Virus record (IMG/VR): IMGVR_UViG_3300017903_002974
Coordinates: 1-50,280 of that record
Length of the DNA: 50,280 nt
Reading direction: 5' to 3' (one strand)
Source of the DNA: a virus
Lineage: Duplodnaviria; Caudoviricetes
Position numbers and translations under genes: made by a program. The number at the start of each line of letters is the position of its first letter. The first letter of the stretch is position 1. Positions 36,071 through 45,468 of the stretch are shown here, piece by piece. The notes under the pieces are model-generated. The model was not told where the DNA came from. It was given only the letters and a program-made list of their open reading frames with translations, and did not search any database.

Positions 36071-37656
36071 TGTCTACTGAAGCAAAAAATTACAATTCAA
36101 GCAATTCAAACGGTGGTTCTGCTACTGTAAATATAGGTACTCGGGCTAGGGATATCACATTTTATGTGAGGGGTGGTAGAGGTGGTATAGGTGGTGCTGA
36201 CGCAAGCGATGGTGGCGGCAATCCTGGATCTGGTCAATATTCATATTTCACTGTAAAATCGGCATATTGGTATACAAATTTCTCTAACTGTACTGTCTAC
36301 ATGGGTGGTAGAGGTGGTAATGGTACTAATAATCAAGGTGGCGCTCCTGGTGGCGGTGGTGGTCCTGCTGGAATTAGTAGTGGAGGTCCAGGTGGCAATG
36401 CTCGCCCAGCACCCTATTCTGGTGGTGGCGGAGGTGGAGGTGGCGCTTCTGGCGTAACCTCTCCTGGAGGAACTCTTATTGTTGTTGGTGGATCTGGTGG
36501 TGGTGGTGGCGCATCGCTTAATCGCCCTGGTGGAGGTGGAGGCGCTGCTGGTGGTCCATCAGGTGTTGGTGGTTACGTCACCAGCAATTCTAATGGTGGT
36601 CAAGGTGGCAGTGCAGGAGGTGGTGACGGTGGCGGCGGAGGTGGCGGCGGTGCTGGTGCTAGCGGCGGACCTGGCGGTGGCGTTGGCGAAGACCGAGGGG
36701 CAACCGCTGGCGGTGGTACTGGCGGAGGATCTCAATATAATTCTACAATTTTAGACAAAGGGGCGAGTGGTTCCACTAATGAAAATTATGGACAGGTTGT
36801 TGTTTCGTGGACCGTAGTTACTCCTGAATTAAGACAATTTTACGCTACACCAAATCCTGCTGTTGGCACTAATACAACAACATTAAGTTGGGACGTTGCT
36901 GATAGTACATTTACGACGTTGACTCTTCCCACTGGTCAAACCGTTGATGTTACTGGATCCACATCATATACTTACAATAGTCTGCCAAGTTCAAATGTTG
37001 AATCTGGTAATAGTCCAGCATCTGCTTCGTTTACATTGAGAACTGGTATATCATCTTATGTTTTAGCATCTACTCTAAATGTTGATTCGAGAACCGATGG
37101 TGCTATTTCTGGTACTGGTACTTGGAATACATCTTGGAGTGGATTAGAACCAAATACAGCATATGATAGAGAAGTTGGAGAAATTAGCGGTATTGATATC
37201 AATATTACAGTGACATCACCAAATAATGTTTTCTTTAGTAAAAACGGTTTAGCATGGTCTGCTTCACTGACCGTATCAAATGGCGATACTTTATATGTTA
37301 GGTTTACATCACCGCCATTTAATACTTCATTAGATGATATATCTCCCTCAGCTACTTTTGGAAATACTAATTCAGAAACGTTTCAAGTTAACATTGGTAG
37401 CAATTATACTGCCAATTGGACTATGACTACGAGAGCGCCAAGAATTAAGCAAAGCTTTGATTTCATTGGAGGCACAAGTAATTTGTATCCAAATCCTGAT
37501 ATTGATTTTGATCCTGGTGATCCATCTACTCATCTGCTGTCAAATAGTATCACATTTGATGATATTGAAATTGATGTTCCGATTAAATCTAATAATGAAA
37601 ATATTCAAGTAAAAATAAATAGTCAAGATTGGCAAGATGTACAGGAGATCACATGA
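36070..37656 (+). CDS. Glycine-rich tail fibre/appendage protein
   Basis: Very Gly-rich N-terminal domain, Ig-like repeats and the shared C-terminal half-repeat. Same length (528 aa) and layout as 28277..29863. Confidence 0.72.
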   Translation: MSTEAKNYNSSNSNGGSATVNIGTRARDITFYVRGGRGGIGGADASDGGGNPGSGQYSYFTVKSAYWYTNFSNCTVYMGGRGGNGTNNQGGAPGGGGGPAGISSGGPGGNARPAPYSGGGGGGGGASGVTSPGGTLIVVGGSGGGGGASLNRPGGGGGAAGGPSGVGGYVTSNSNGGQGGSAGGGDGGGGGGGGAGASGGPGGGVGEDRGATAGGGTGGGSQYNSTILDKGASGSTNENYGQVVVSWTVVTPELRQFYATPNPAVGTNTTTLSWDVADSTFTTLTLPTGQTVDVTGSTSYTYNSLPSSNVESGNSPASASFTLRTGISSYVLASTLNVDSRTDGAISGTGTWNTSWSGLEPNTAYDREVGEISGIDINITVTSPNNVFFSKNGLAWSASLTVSNGDTLYVRFTSPPFNTSLDDISPSATFGNTNSETFQVNIGSNYTANWTMTTRAPRIKQSFDFIGGTSNLYPNPDIDFDPGDPSTHLLSNSITFDDIEIDVPIKSNNENIQVKINSQDWQDVQEIT

Positions 37657-37868
37657 GCTTTGAAAGAAGACAGACTTTAAATACTATTAAATTAATACCA
37701 CATGCTAAACAAGTCGCTATAGATATTGCGCAAGAAATATTAGTTGATGGTGAAGTAACCCAAACATATTCGATTCAACGTTTTTATGTAAAGGGAGAAT
37801 CTATTACAGACGAAGAACCATTAGTACAAACTATTGTCAATCATTTTTGGAGTCAGTTTGATGAGTAA
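37653..37868 (+). CDS. Small fibre-associated hypothetical protein (71 aa)
   Basis: An ATGA overlap with the upstream stop supports a start at 37653 (MSFERRQ...VQTIVNHFW). Confidence 0.6.
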   Translation: MSFERRQTLNTIKLIPHAKQVAIDIAQEILVDGEVTQTYSIQRFYVKGESITDEEPLVQTIVNHFWSQFDE

Positions 37869-38049
37869 GAGAAAATTTCCTGCTTTATATAATTTACAAC
37901 CAAACGATTATTATAAGTCTAATCGTTTTACGGTTGATGGCGACATGAAAGAGATTACATCCGATAAACCTATTCAAGTTAGGATTAACAATGGTCCATG
38001 GATTAATGTTAGACCTAGTGACCTAAATAAAATGAAGGATAATAAGTGA
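37861..38049 (+). CDS. Small protein (62 aa) consisting only of the shared half Ig-like repeat
   Basis: ATG at 37861. NLQPNDYYKSNRFTVDG..EITSDKPIQVRINNGPWINVR matches the C-termini of three upstream fibre genes. Confidence 0.65.
   Translation: MSKRKFPALYNLQPNDYYKSNRFTVDGDMKEITSDKPIQVRINNGPWINVRPSDLNKMKDNK
38023..38029 (+). promoter_or_regulatory. T4-type late promoter (CTAAATA)
   Basis: 29 nt upstream of ATG 38059. Confidence 0.55.
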
Positions 38050-38058
38050 AGATAGTCC

Positions 38059-41000
38059 ATGCCTTTTAGTACCGATCCAGTATACGTAGGAAATGGCGAT
38101 ACCATCCAAATCAGATATCCAACTCCATCGACATGGAATACGTCCGTTACTGTTGATATTCAAATTGGTACTGGTTTTGACGAGGAAGGTGGAGATGGGG
38201 ATGGTGTAACATTTTCCACTAAAATTCCTAATGTAAATGTTACTCAGTTTAGTTTTAATGACCAGCAAGGTTATGCTGAGCAAGCTACTATTAGTAATGG
38301 AAATGTATCCGTTGGCAGTACACTAACAACATTTCTTCCAAGCACTAGATATTATTCCAATGTTGTTGAACTTGATGGATTTGAAATTCCTTTAGATGCT
38401 GCTGTTTCGGCAACATCTAACGGACCACTTGGAAATAATGCCAATACTACGGCAAGATTTAGAATTCTTAGAGATGGATCTTTTGGAAATTGGAAAACTT
38501 CTATTAGTGCCGATTTGGATGATCTTTCTACAGGCGTACAACCTGGAGATAAGATTCAGTTGAGAGTTGATGTACCAGCATCTTATGTCACAACCCAAGC
38601 TGTTACTTTCACAGTTAGTGATACAAATATTCCTGGTAAAACTTGGCCAGATGATACGGAAGTTACTGATACTTGGCATTTTACTAGTAGGGCACAAGAT
38701 CAACAACCATCAGCATTTTCTTTTCAGGATAGAGTAGATGAAGTTCCATATAATGTAGCTACAGAAAATAGAAGCACTGGAATACAATATTATTACAAAT
38801 ATGTAGATATTGAAACAAGACCAATTGCTAGTTCTGATACAACTGGTATTGACTATGATGCTGTTCTCAGGTGTAGAACTACTAATAATTTACAAGTATA
38901 TCTAGATCAAGGTTCAACGGTTGAGCAGGCGGATCTGCCTAGTAGTGGGTGGACAACTAATACTGGCAATACAGTTGTTGCTGGCGATAGATTGTGGTTT
39001 AGGTTACCAGTTGGAACTGGATTTACAAATAAGAGAACTGGTAGTGTAACACTTGATTCGGTTGGTGGTGCTACTTATAGTAGAGGAGGAAATAATTACG
39101 AAAATGTTAGTGCTGGCACTTTTGGTACGGGCGATTATGCTGTCACACAATCATTAGGAACTTTTACTAATGATTGGCAGATTTGGACAGAGGTTGATAG
39201 ATATCCAAATGCTATTGACACAGCTACTAACGCCTCTCAAGTTTACACTTATGGTGTGAAATTTGATATCTCTAGTGCTGGTACGGGATATGTTCTAAAT
39301 CAAGAATATACAACAACTACTTTAACTGGATCTGGATCTGGGTTAAAGTTGAAACTGGTTGCTGGTGGGCAGGTTAATGATGCTCCATCTTTTATTCAAG
39401 GTTCTACTATTAAAGATAATATTCAAGTTACTGATCCTGGATATGGATACAGTGTAGGTGACCAAATTAGAGTAAATGGTGGTAGTGTTAATGTTACTTT
39501 GACATTTGCTGAATATCAAAAAGTATATGTAACATCCGATGGTTCTTTTAGTGCTACTACAGAACCTGGATTTATGTACTTCACTGATTTTAATGTCAAT
39601 GGTCTTGGTACAGAATATCCTTCTGGTACATATAGTGACTTAACTAATGGTGCTAATGGATTAATTACTACTGTCGCTCAAGCCCAAGCATATGCTAATG
39701 CCTTAAATGGAGACACTGTTAGATTAGAAGCCCAATGTGTCGGGGGGAATGGATTAATCAGAAAAAATAACACTGGTGATTGGGTTAATGTTGTTTCAGT
39801 TGAAAATGGAGATGTCATTAATTTTAAGATGCCATCTGATAATAATTATAATGGTGTTAATACAGCAACAGTTGAGCTATTAGGTCCACCACAACCGCCA
39901 CCAGACCAAAATTTACCTACTGGTGGACCCTCACCATCCTATGACAATAAAGATGTAACAATTACTCTTACCACTAGAGGTGTTAGACAACTTCCATTCC
40001 CTTTTCATGCTACTCCTGTATTTTTGTCCAATCCTCTTCAACAACATACGGCCGAAGTAAAAATTACTGGTATTGATATTGGACAGCAAGTTACTGTAAG
40101 AAGAATTGGAACTACCGTAGGTGGAGTTTCAACATCACCTAGCGGACCATTTTTGGCATCAACAACATTTGCTTTAAATCAAATTTATGATGAATCAATT
40201 TTATATGTAAGAACTGAAGCATCTGAAGTTAGTGGAGGTGTAACAGAATTTCAGTATCAGTTCGTAGCTGATGATGGATCTGTAATGAATGATGTTTTTA
40301 GAGTATATACTAGAGAGTTTTCAGAAGAGCAAGGAAATGCTCCCAATTATTCTGTTTCTGGTGGTTCAGTTGGATATTCTAACGTGTTTATACCAAGTTA
40401 TGCTCAAAGTGGATTTTATGTGACATTAGTTGGAGCTGGTGGTGGTAATGGTGGTTGTGATGCCCCCGTATCTGTTGGTGGTGGTGGTCAATCTGGAGAA
40501 CTTATTAAAGTAAGATTATCATTGACAGATGATGACTGGGTAACTACTTCTGGTTCTGGTGCTGTAAATAGAATTATTCGTGTATATGCTGGTTCCAAAG
40601 GAGAAGATGGTGTTGATTTTACAAGTGGTGGTGCTGGAGGAGCTGGTGGCACTGGATTCTTAGAAGGAGGTGATGGCGGTCAAGCGGGTCCTGGCACTGC
40701 CGCTGAGCCAGGTGATAGATCTGGTGGAGGTGGCGGTGGCGGTGGTGCCACTGGCGTTACATTAGAAGATGGCACGGTCCTCGCTTGGGCTGGTGGAGGC
40801 GGCGGTGGAGCTGGCGCTGGTAATGATACTTTGCCACCCGAAGATGATGAACATGGCAATGGAACTGGATCATTAATTCAGTCTGGAGTACAATCAAATT
40901 TCAGTTTCAATGGAGAAAATGGCGCTAATAATACCACTGTTGGTGGTGGAGGTGGTGGCGCTGGTGGTGGTTTTATTGGCGGTGGCGGTGGTCTTAAAAC

Positions 41001-44000
41001 CACTCCAGATCAATTCGGCAACACAGATATGGATGGTCTTGGTGGTCGTGCTGGTGGAGCTTATGTTAACACAGCTTATGGACAATTAATTGGTTCCAAC
41101 ATTTTAGCACAACGTGGTTCTGGTCCAGGTGAACATGGTGCTGCTTATATTGAATATGATCTTCAAGACGTTGATCCTATTCTTATTGGTGACTATAGTC
41201 CAGTAGATGCTGATATTAATTCAACTGTCGAATCAGTTGATTTTGTACAAGTTACTGATATTACAGGAACGATCAATGTAACCACTGTTGCTGGTGGTTG
41301 GTCAGTTAGGGTTTCTGTTGGAGAGTCTGCTGATGGTGTTAACTTCCAGTGGCAACCATTTGCTAATAGTGCTAGTGTTACCAATAATCAATATGTGAGG
41401 TTGGAGGGAACCACTGGTTCTGATTATAATTACCCATATACTGCCACTATTTTATTTAATACTACTGAAAAAACTTGGACAGTTAATACAGGAGCAGTGC
41501 CAGATGACACACCAAATGCGTTCTCTTTTGCCCCACTCTTCAATCAAGAAAAGAGTACGTTAGTTTTTAGTGAATTGACAGATCCCATTAGTGGTCTTTC
41601 AGTTCCTGCTGCGGTACAATTAGGATCTAATACAGAATTAAATATTAATGGAACTAGTACATGGTATAGCTCTACTGATACTATCCCAGGAATTGTAAAT
41701 GGCGATGTACTACAATTAAGACTAACCACGTCTGATCAATATAACACTGCTGTTTTTGGTACAATTACAGTTGGTAGTGGCGATGAAGTTACATGGACAG
41801 TTACTACGAGGAAAGAGGGATTAAATTTCCCAGAAGGATTTATTTTTCTACCCGCTACTGATATTGACTTAGAAACTCCAGTTACAAGTAATGTAGTCCA
41901 GATTGATAAAATTGATGAACCAATTGATTTTATTGTAGAAGCACACCCAACAGATGATGAACCAGAAAATCCAGCTACTGCTGAGTTGCCGAGGATTTAT
42001 TTGAATAGTGTATTACAACCCGAAGGTGTGACTCAAGTAACAGTCGAGGATGGTGATTTCATTGCTCTATACTATGTCACCAGTGATGTTATTGGTGAAC
42101 CCCGTGTATTTAAAACTAAGACTGGTCTTTCTGATTCTACTTTGGGATACTATGAAACCAATTGGCAAGTAACAAATGCTGGAACATTTGGTACTACACC
42201 TGATGAGTTTACATTTAATAATGTTGTGGTAGATCCTGGAACATTTGGAGTTGCTTCTGAAGTTCCTACAATTTCTGGATTAAGTCCAAATTCTACTGTA
42301 GTTAATATATTTACGACTAACGGATTACAAGTTAGGAAAGGAACTAATGGTCAGCAACCATCAGGAAGTTTTGTTGAAGTACCTTTTGGTGGTACAACTG
42401 TGCTTTCGGTGAGAAATGGTGACAGAATTGAGGTAAGATTACAAGCGTCTATTATTCCTGGTTTGCCTAGAACTGGAGCAATTAGTGTTGGTGGTTATAC
42501 TACAACATTTACTGTCTTAGCATCGGCAGAAGTTCAAGATCCTATTTTAGGTCAGTGGTATAGTTCTGTACAATCGATCATTTATCAAGAAATTTCTGGC
42601 AATCAAGAACAAATTAGATTTAATCATAAGTTTGATGGTTTACCAATCGGTTCAATGATACCAGTTTTCCAAGATGCTACCGAAGATGATGGGTGGGGAA
42701 TTTTAAATGGAAATATTAACTCCAGATTCCATGGTTGGTTATATTGTGATGGCGATACCTATAATCCAGAAGAATATCCACAACTATTTTCTGCTATTGG
42801 TTACACATATGGTGCCGTAGAGGTTCTTCCTGGTGTACAATATTTCAAAATTCCTGATATGAGGAATAGATATGTGAAGGGAGTTGGTCCTGTAGATGGT
42901 ACACAGTTGTCATCTCCTTCTTTATCACCTACTTTTGGACCAAATAAAGCACCTGGAAATGTAGGTAATGATACTCCTGGAGCATCAGGTGGTTCGTGGT
43001 TCGTTGATACGATTGCTGACCCTGGAACAGCTGAATTAGAACAAATTGAAACACCACCTATAGGATTAGAACCAACAGAATCTCAATTTTTCGGTATTGC
43101 TCAAATTCAGACAAATGGATACACTAATGTTTCTGGTATTGTTGAATTCTCAACTGAAGGACAGTGTGGAGTTACTGTTAGATTAGACGACGAACCATTA
43201 TATGAAGTTCCTTCTCACACTCATAATGTTATTATGGGTCAAGCAGACCCAGGTAACTTCAAAGGTGCTATTTATTGGGGACAAGAAGGTGGTCGTCGTT
43301 CTTCTATTAATACTGACGCTTTAATTGGTGAACAACAAAATGGTCCATATGAAGCATCTGCTTCAGCAATTGTAAACATGTGGGGATATCCAACAGGAGA
43401 TACTGTCGATGTCTCAGATGATAATCTTCCCGATTCTGTTAAATGCCCAGGTGATAGTGTTTGGTGGGATGGAAGTGTAACTGATTGGACGAATTCTTCT
43501 GGATGGATAGGAGTCAATAATATTGGTAGCCATGGCCAGCAAACCTTTACTTTTGGACAACTTGCTGGTGGTCCTCTTAATGAAATCCGTCAGTTTATAA
43601 ATGTAGATGGTGTCATGGGAAATAACGATCAAGGTGATGTAGGCAACAATAATGCTTGGAGGCAACTCGCCGCCATTGATATTCCACGAAAACAAACTTT
43701 CTTTAGGCAGTATACTCCTACTACTAGGATGGATCATACACATTATCTTTCTAATGTTCAAATTGAGCAAAATACGAATTTGGGTCCTATATATGCTTTT
43801 GGTAATGTTGTTGGTGGTGGTACTAAGAACCAATCTCTTCTAACATTTGAACAGCTTCTTCCTGATGATGTTAATTTAGATACTAATGTTGACCTAACTT
43901 ACTCTGCTTCTGAGATAGGTATTACTGTGCTTCCAGGAACTTTCACATTACAGGCAACTAAACAGATTATTCCCACACCTTCATTACAAGCGAGAGATAA

Positions 44001-44055
44001 GGTCGCTGTTATGTCACCTTATACGTGGGTTAAATGGGTAATCAAAGCTTTCTAA
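38059..44055 (+). CDS. Large tail fibre protein (1998 aa) with Ig-like repeats, Gly-rich domain and C-terminal tail collar
   Basis: Repeated P..F.F...V.NGD.I.LR units and a collar motif LPIGSMIP..HGWLYCDG..Y....YPQLFSAIGYTYG..FKIPDMRNRYVKG. It has HTH metal motifs and ends PYTWVKWVIKAF. Confidence 0.8.
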   Translation: MPFSTDPVYVGNGDTIQIRYPTPSTWNTSVTVDIQIGTGFDEEGGDGDGVTFSTKIPNVNVTQFSFNDQQGYAEQATISNGNVSVGSTLTTFLPSTRYYSNVVELDGFEIPLDAAVSATSNGPLGNNANTTARFRILRDGSFGNWKTSISADLDDLSTGVQPGDKIQLRVDVPASYVTTQAVTFTVSDTNIPGKTWPDDTEVTDTWHFTSRAQDQQPSAFSFQDRVDEVPYNVATENRSTGIQYYYKYVDIETRPIASSDTTGIDYDAVLRCRTTNNLQVYLDQGSTVEQADLPSSGWTTNTGNTVVAGDRLWFRLPVGTGFTNKRTGSVTLDSVGGATYSRGGNNYENVSAGTFGTGDYAVTQSLGTFTNDWQIWTEVDRYPNAIDTATNASQVYTYGVKFDISSAGTGYVLNQEYTTTTLTGSGSGLKLKLVAGGQVNDAPSFIQGSTIKDNIQVTDPGYGYSVGDQIRVNGGSVNVTLTFAEYQKVYVTSDGSFSATTEPGFMYFTDFNVNGLGTEYPSGTYSDLTNGANGLITTVAQAQAYANALNGDTVRLEAQCVGGNGLIRKNNTGDWVNVVSVENGDVINFKMPSDNNYNGVNTATVELLGPPQPPPDQNLPTGGPSPSYDNKDVTITLTTRGVRQLPFPFHATPVFLSNPLQQHTAEVKITGIDIGQQVTVRRIGTTVGGVSTSPSGPFLASTTFALNQIYDESILYVRTEASEVSGGVTEFQYQFVADDGSVMNDVFRVYTREFSEEQGNAPNYSVSGGSVGYSNVFIPSYAQSGFYVTLVGAGGGNGGCDAPVSVGGGGQSGELIKVRLSLTDDDWVTTSGSGAVNRIIRVYAGSKGEDGVDFTSGGAGGAGGTGFLEGGDGGQAGPGTAAEPGDRSGGGGGGGGATGVTLEDGTVLAWAGGGGGGAGAGNDTLPPEDDEHGNGTGSLIQSGVQSNFSFNGENGANNTTVGGGGGGAGGGFIGGGGGLKTTPDQFGNTDMDGLGGRAGGAYVNTAYGQLIGSNILAQRGSGPGEHGAAYIEYDLQDVDPILIGDYSPVDADINSTVESVDFVQVTDITGTINVTTVAGGWSVRVSVGESADGVNFQWQPFANSASVTNNQYVRLEGTTGSDYNYPYTATILFNTTEKTWTVNTGAVPDDTPNAFSFAPLFNQEKSTLVFSELTDPISGLSVPAAVQLGSNTELNINGTSTWYSSTDTIPGIVNGDVLQLRLTTSDQYNTAVFGTITVGSGDEVTWTVTTRKEGLNFPEGFIFLPATDIDLETPVTSNVVQIDKIDEPIDFIVEAHPTDDEPENPATAELPRIYLNSVLQPEGVTQVTVEDGDFIALYYVTSDVIGEPRVFKTKTGLSDSTLGYYETNWQVTNAGTFGTTPDEFTFNNVVVDPGTFGVASEVPTISGLSPNSTVVNIFTTNGLQVRKGTNGQQPSGSFVEVPFGGTTVLSVRNGDRIEVRLQASIIPGLPRTGAISVGGYTTTFTVLASAEVQDPILGQWYSSVQSIIYQEISGNQEQIRFNHKFDGLPIGSMIPVFQDATEDDGWGILNGNINSRFHGWLYCDGDTYNPEEYPQLFSAIGYTYGAVEVLPGVQYFKIPDMRNRYVKGVGPVDGTQLSSPSLSPTFGPNKAPGNVGNDTPGASGGSWFVDTIADPGTAELEQIETPPIGLEPTESQFFGIAQIQTNGYTNVSGIVEFSTEGQCGVTVRLDDEPLYEVPSHTHNVIMGQADPGNFKGAIYWGQEGGRRSSINTDALIGEQQNGPYEASASAIVNMWGYPTGDTVDVSDDNLPDSVKCPGDSVWWDGSVTDWTNSSGWIGVNNIGSHGQQTFTFGQLAGGPLNEIRQFINVDGVMGNNDQGDVGNNNAWRQLAAIDIPRKQTFFRQYTPTTRMDHTHYLSNVQIEQNTNLGPIYAFGNVVGGGTKNQSLLTFEQLLPDDVNLDTNVDLTYSASEIGITVLPGTFTLQATKQIIPTPSLQARDKVAVMSPYTWVKWVIKAF

Positions 44056-44058
44056 ATA
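44052..44058 (+). promoter_or_regulatory. T4-type late promoter (CTAAATA)
   Basis: Overlaps the upstream stop codon, 23 nt before ATG 44082. Confidence 0.55.
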
Positions 44059-44081
44059 ATATATAAACAGGCGATGTAGAG

Positions 44082-45014
44082 ATGGCATTCAATCCAGACA
44101 ATTTTCAATTTGAGAGAATTCTACCACCAGAGCTTAATAAACCAATTTTGGAGTGGGACGCTCTACATAGATTCATTGTAGTTAGAGTGTTTGACGGGGA
44201 TGAGTTTTCTTTTCACTCTACATTATTAAGTAGTCAAGTTAATAAAAATATTCATGATGGGATGCCAGATGAATGGTCTCATGAAAATGATAGAATTGTT
44301 AGTTTTTCGATTTACGAAGATGGTGATTATTTACTAGAGAAAGAAAAAATTAAATTTGATTTTTCTACTAAAAAGACGAAAAGAGTAAGATACAAGTATA
44401 CTGATTTAGAAGAAACACAGGCAATAGAAATCTTCAACGTACTAAAGGCAGCAATTCAAGTCGCCACTATTCAAGAAAAAATTGATAGATCAAAAGCTGT
44501 TATAGATCTAGCATCTAGACAATCATTTTTAACACAATTGGATAGTGAAAGACAAGATCAAATCAATACTTTGATGACATCATCTGACTGGACACAGTTA
44601 GCTGATGCTACAGAAAGTTTTACTGGTGAAATTGCTCTCTGGACATCATATAGAGCATATTTGAGAAATAATAATCAAACGGTGGATACATTTGATGATC
44701 CATTAGATTTCTTGCTATATGAAGAAGATTTTAAATGGCCTATTGATCCTATAGAATATCATCGTACAGATCCAAGTCACGACGTTGAATATCTATCAGT
44801 GCCAGAACATTTCACGAACTCTCCTCATTCAGCTGGTGTACGTTCTTCTGAACAATTAAATGGAGCATTGAATGAAGCGGCGATAACTGAGAAGATGATC
44901 GCTAGAAATGGTGGCATTCCTATTAGCACTGAGATCTGGAATAAAGTACAACAGTACAATTTAAATAGAGACATCGCTAATGTAGATCTAGATCATTTAA
45001 ACGTAGGAGGTTGA
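44082..45014 (+). CDS. Protein with phage tail-fibre assembly chaperone domain
   Basis: ER...LMTSSDWTQLADA...WTSYRAYLR...WP motif; lies right after the fibre genes. Confidence 0.7.
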   Translation: MAFNPDNFQFERILPPELNKPILEWDALHRFIVVRVFDGDEFSFHSTLLSSQVNKNIHDGMPDEWSHENDRIVSFSIYEDGDYLLEKEKIKFDFSTKKTKRVRYKYTDLEETQAIEIFNVLKAAIQVATIQEKIDRSKAVIDLASRQSFLTQLDSERQDQINTLMTSSDWTQLADATESFTGEIALWTSYRAYLRNNNQTVDTFDDPLDFLLYEEDFKWPIDPIEYHRTDPSHDVEYLSVPEHFTNSPHSAGVRSSEQLNGALNEAAITEKMIARNGGIPISTEIWNKVQQYNLNRDIANVDLDHLNVGG

Positions 45015-45015
45015 C

Positions 45016-45402
45016 ATGTCATACATTGGATCTAAAAACTTTAAAGATTGGGCGAAAAGTTATACGGAGGCAGTTGATAATGCTCTAGTTCTATTGAGAA
45101 CTGTAGGACCAGATAATGTAACTGATGATGTAAAAGCAAATAAGATTTACTCGGCATATTATTTGAATATGCAAACAGAGCACCCAGGTATTTTTGATAA
45201 ACTATTATATAATGAATTCACATTTGTAGAGTTTGATACAGAACAAGAAGCATTGGACTTTGTTATTGATAATTTTCCTAACACTGTAACAGATGATTTG
45301 GATTATTTTGTACAGTATGTGGTATTTTGTGGTGGAGCAGTAATCAGAACCAATAATGGTCTCACTGGTCTTGCTGAACCAGCTCCAGAACCACTTGAAT
45401 AA
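45016..45402 (+). CDS. Hypothetical protein (last gene of the late fibre cluster)
   Basis: 128-aa ORF with a strong AGGAGG Shine-Dalgarno at ~45005-45010. Confidence 0.75.
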   Translation: MSYIGSKNFKDWAKSYTEAVDNALVLLRTVGPDNVTDDVKANKIYSAYYLNMQTEHPGIFDKLLYNEFTFVEFDTEQEALDFVIDNFPNTVTDDLDYFVQYVVFCGGAVIRTNNGLTGLAEPAPEPLE

Positions 45403-45443
45403 CTGGCACAGACCGCCCACCACGGGCGGTTTTCTGCTATAAT
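45391..45443 (+). promoter_or_regulatory. Cyanomyovirus early-type promoter
   Basis: CCACTT-N4-AACTGGCACA upstream element plus TGC-TATAAT (45438-45443). A similar element occurs at 49642-49695. Confidence 0.65.
45412..45435 (+). terminator. Rho-independent terminator-like hairpin
   Basis: ACCGCCC-ACCAC-GGGCGGT followed by TTTCT, just after the structural cluster. Confidence 0.7.
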
Positions 45444-45468
45444 TACAGGGTAGTCAGCAAGGCAATCG

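Noticed and set aside
36170-36730. GGT/GGC-rich repetitive DNA (also ~28380-28950, ~33790-34350, ~40430-41060) as a CRISPR or tandem repeat array
   Set aside because: These are Gly codons within in-frame glycine-rich domains; there is no repeat-spacer periodicity.
37629-37860. ORF-track starts at 37629 and 37834 (and 48695)
   Set aside because: Downstream ATGs at 37653, 37861 and 48737 give typical short overlaps or Shine-Dalgarno spacing.
231-44000. Many short minus-strand and alternate-frame ORFs (60-150 aa) within structural genes
   Set aside because: All are nested in long, well-supported + strand genes, and none has recognisable motifs or expression signals.
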